From positions 151,398 to 215,397 of the forward strand of contig CAWKDC010000003.1 in the NCBI GenBank assembly GCA_963848305.1: a stretch of 64,000 nucleotides of DNA, in the 5' to 3' direction. The notes beneath the pieces were generated by a model. That model was given only the letters and a program-made list of their open reading frames with translations. It was not told the origin of the DNA and did no database searches. How positions within the stretch are numbered: the stretch's first letter is position 1; the number at the start of each line of letters is the position of its first letter. Both the position numbers and the translations under genes were made by a program. This stretch comes from an uncultured Gammaproteobacteria bacterium. GTDB lineage: Bacteria; Pseudomonadota; Gammaproteobacteria; JABCZS01. Positions 63,175 to 64,000 of this stretch are shown piece by piece.

Positions 63175-63441
63175 TTATGCAGCCAACGCCTTCACTTGCT
63201 TGCTCAAACGGCTCTTGTAGCGAGCAGCGGCATTCTTATGAATCAACCCCTTACGTGCGTAGCGATCCACAATGGACTGTGCTTGGCCGAAGGCAGCAAC
63301 AGCAGTGGCCGAATTGGCTTCCGCAATGGCTTTGCGGACTTTCTTAATCATGGTGCGCATCTCGAACCGGCGGGATGCATTATGTTGACGGCGTTCTTCG
63401 CTCTGTTCAGCACGTTTTGCTGATTGTTTCGTATTGGCCAA
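63175..63441 (-). CDS. rpsT: 30S ribosomal protein S20
   Basis: 88-aa basic ORF beginning MANTKQSAKRAEQSEERRQHNASRR. Confidence 0.93.
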   Translation of the reverse strand: MANTKQSAKRAEQSEERRQHNASRRFEMRTMIKKVRKAIAEANSATAVAAFGQAQSIVDRYARKGLIHKNAAARYKSRLSKQVKALAA

Positions 63442-63599
63442 GGTAAACTCTCCTCTATGAGTGAGCCGTCATTGTCCTAAAATTTCAAGCACCTGTCAAG
63501 CGAAAAATGCAGCCTTTTTGCCCTCTGGATGCTGAAAGCCTCTGATCCCATGAATAAACAATTCCCTTTTTCCCCATTAAAAGGTATACTGCACGCATT

Positions 63600-63673
63600 C
63601 GGGGCGTGGCGCAGCCTGGTAGCGCACTTGCATGGGGTGCAAGGGGTCGCAAGTTCAAATCTTGCCGTCCCGA
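63600..63673 (+). tRNA. tRNA-Pro (anticodon GGG)
   Basis: CGGGGCGTGGCGCAGCCTGGTAGCGCACTTGCATGGGGTGCAAGGGGTCGCAAGTTCAAATCTTGCCGTCCCGA. Anticodon stem CTTGC/GCAAG, loop ATGGGGT. Confidence 0.9.
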
Positions 63674-63712
63674 TATCAATATTCTGTCAAGATTAGATAT
63701 GGCAGGAATGCA

Positions 63713-64000
63713 TCAAAGAAAGTTATTCTTAATGTTAGATTTCAAAATATGTTCGCGCACATAGTCTCGAGGTGAGCAGACTTCATCACCCGAGCGGCCA
63801 CCGTAGTTAAATGTGACAAGGTGCGCATTCGACTGATGAGATGCATGATGATTTGCTAATCGTTTGGCAATCATCGCATGGCTCTTTTCAGTTAGCCATG
63901 GGCAATTTTCTGCATTGATATAAACTATGTTTGGGCAGTGGCTTAGAATAGCTTCCAGTAAACTATCTGTTATGGGCGTGTTTGAAATATCTAAATTATT
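63713..64000 (-). CDS. C-terminal fragment of a leucine-rich-repeat protein (cysteine-containing, F-box/LRR-like); gene continues beyond the window end
   Basis: My minus-strand translation from the window end reads NNLDISNTPITDSLLEAILSHCPNIVYINAENCPWLTEKSHAMIAKRLANHH...NNFL*. The L.I....ITD..L..I...CP.L..I....C..LT pattern is the eukaryotic CC-type LRR. Absent from the ORF track because no start lies in the window. Confidence 0.55.
   Translation of the reverse strand, partial: NNLDISNTPITDSLLEAILSHCPNIVYINAENCPWLTEKSHAMIAKRLANHHASHQSNAHLVTFNYGGRSGDEVCSPRDYVREHILKSNIKNNFL

Overview
This is a 64-kb chromosomal window from a Gram-negative, gammaproteobacterium-like genome. AddAB, FabV, several large orphan membrane proteins and a eukaryote-like LRR fragment recall Legionellales/Coxiellaceae-type intracellular bacteria. 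That is inference, not an identification.

Core genes, in order: leuS (5' part), ptrB, addB-addA-5'-nucleotidase, a DUF3579 gene, rarA, pssA, an orphan OmpR-type response regulator, xseA preceded by a 763-aa orphan membrane protein, guaB-guaA and tadA. Next comes a tightly overlapped six-gene shikimate operon (aroA-aroQ-aroE-DAHP synthase-aroB-aroC, no aroK). It is followed by fabV, a PabA/TrpG-type amidotransferase, rlpA, tRNA-Asn, two small coupled ORFs, an aspartate aminotransferase, uvrB, zapD, two tandem TyrP/Mtr-type permeases, a 783-aa orphan protein, ubiA-ubiC, birA, a 359-aa orphan membrane protein, sodC and a secreted S8 protease.

An accessory block follows. Tandem arrays of ~154-bp REPIN/BIME-like units lie on both sides of a YhcG/DUF1016 PD-(D/E)XK nuclease gene. 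Next to them is an 8.4-kb island (integrase, AlpA, primase, DUF927 helicase) bounded by a 44-bp direct repeat of the 3' part of tRNA-Thr(UGU). The island carries unknown ORFs and three signal-peptide proteins.

The window ends with tRNA-Leu, queA, yajC-secD-secF, a GT39 and a GT28-like glycosyltransferase, rpsT, tRNA-Pro and the 3' end of an LRR protein gene.

Twelve otherwise intact conserved genes, including secF, guaA and fabV, are broken by single-base frame shifts, mostly at short homopolymers. I read these as probable assembly indels and list them as pseudogenes because that is what the sequence shows.

Two more small repeat families are present. One is a hairpin element with 27-bp arms that abuts two start codons. 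The other is a TGTAGGGGCGCA-type REP whose TAG forms the stop codon of four genes. No rRNA, CRISPR array or transposase was seen.

All calls come from reading the ORF translations and the sequence. No database search was run and GC content was not computed.
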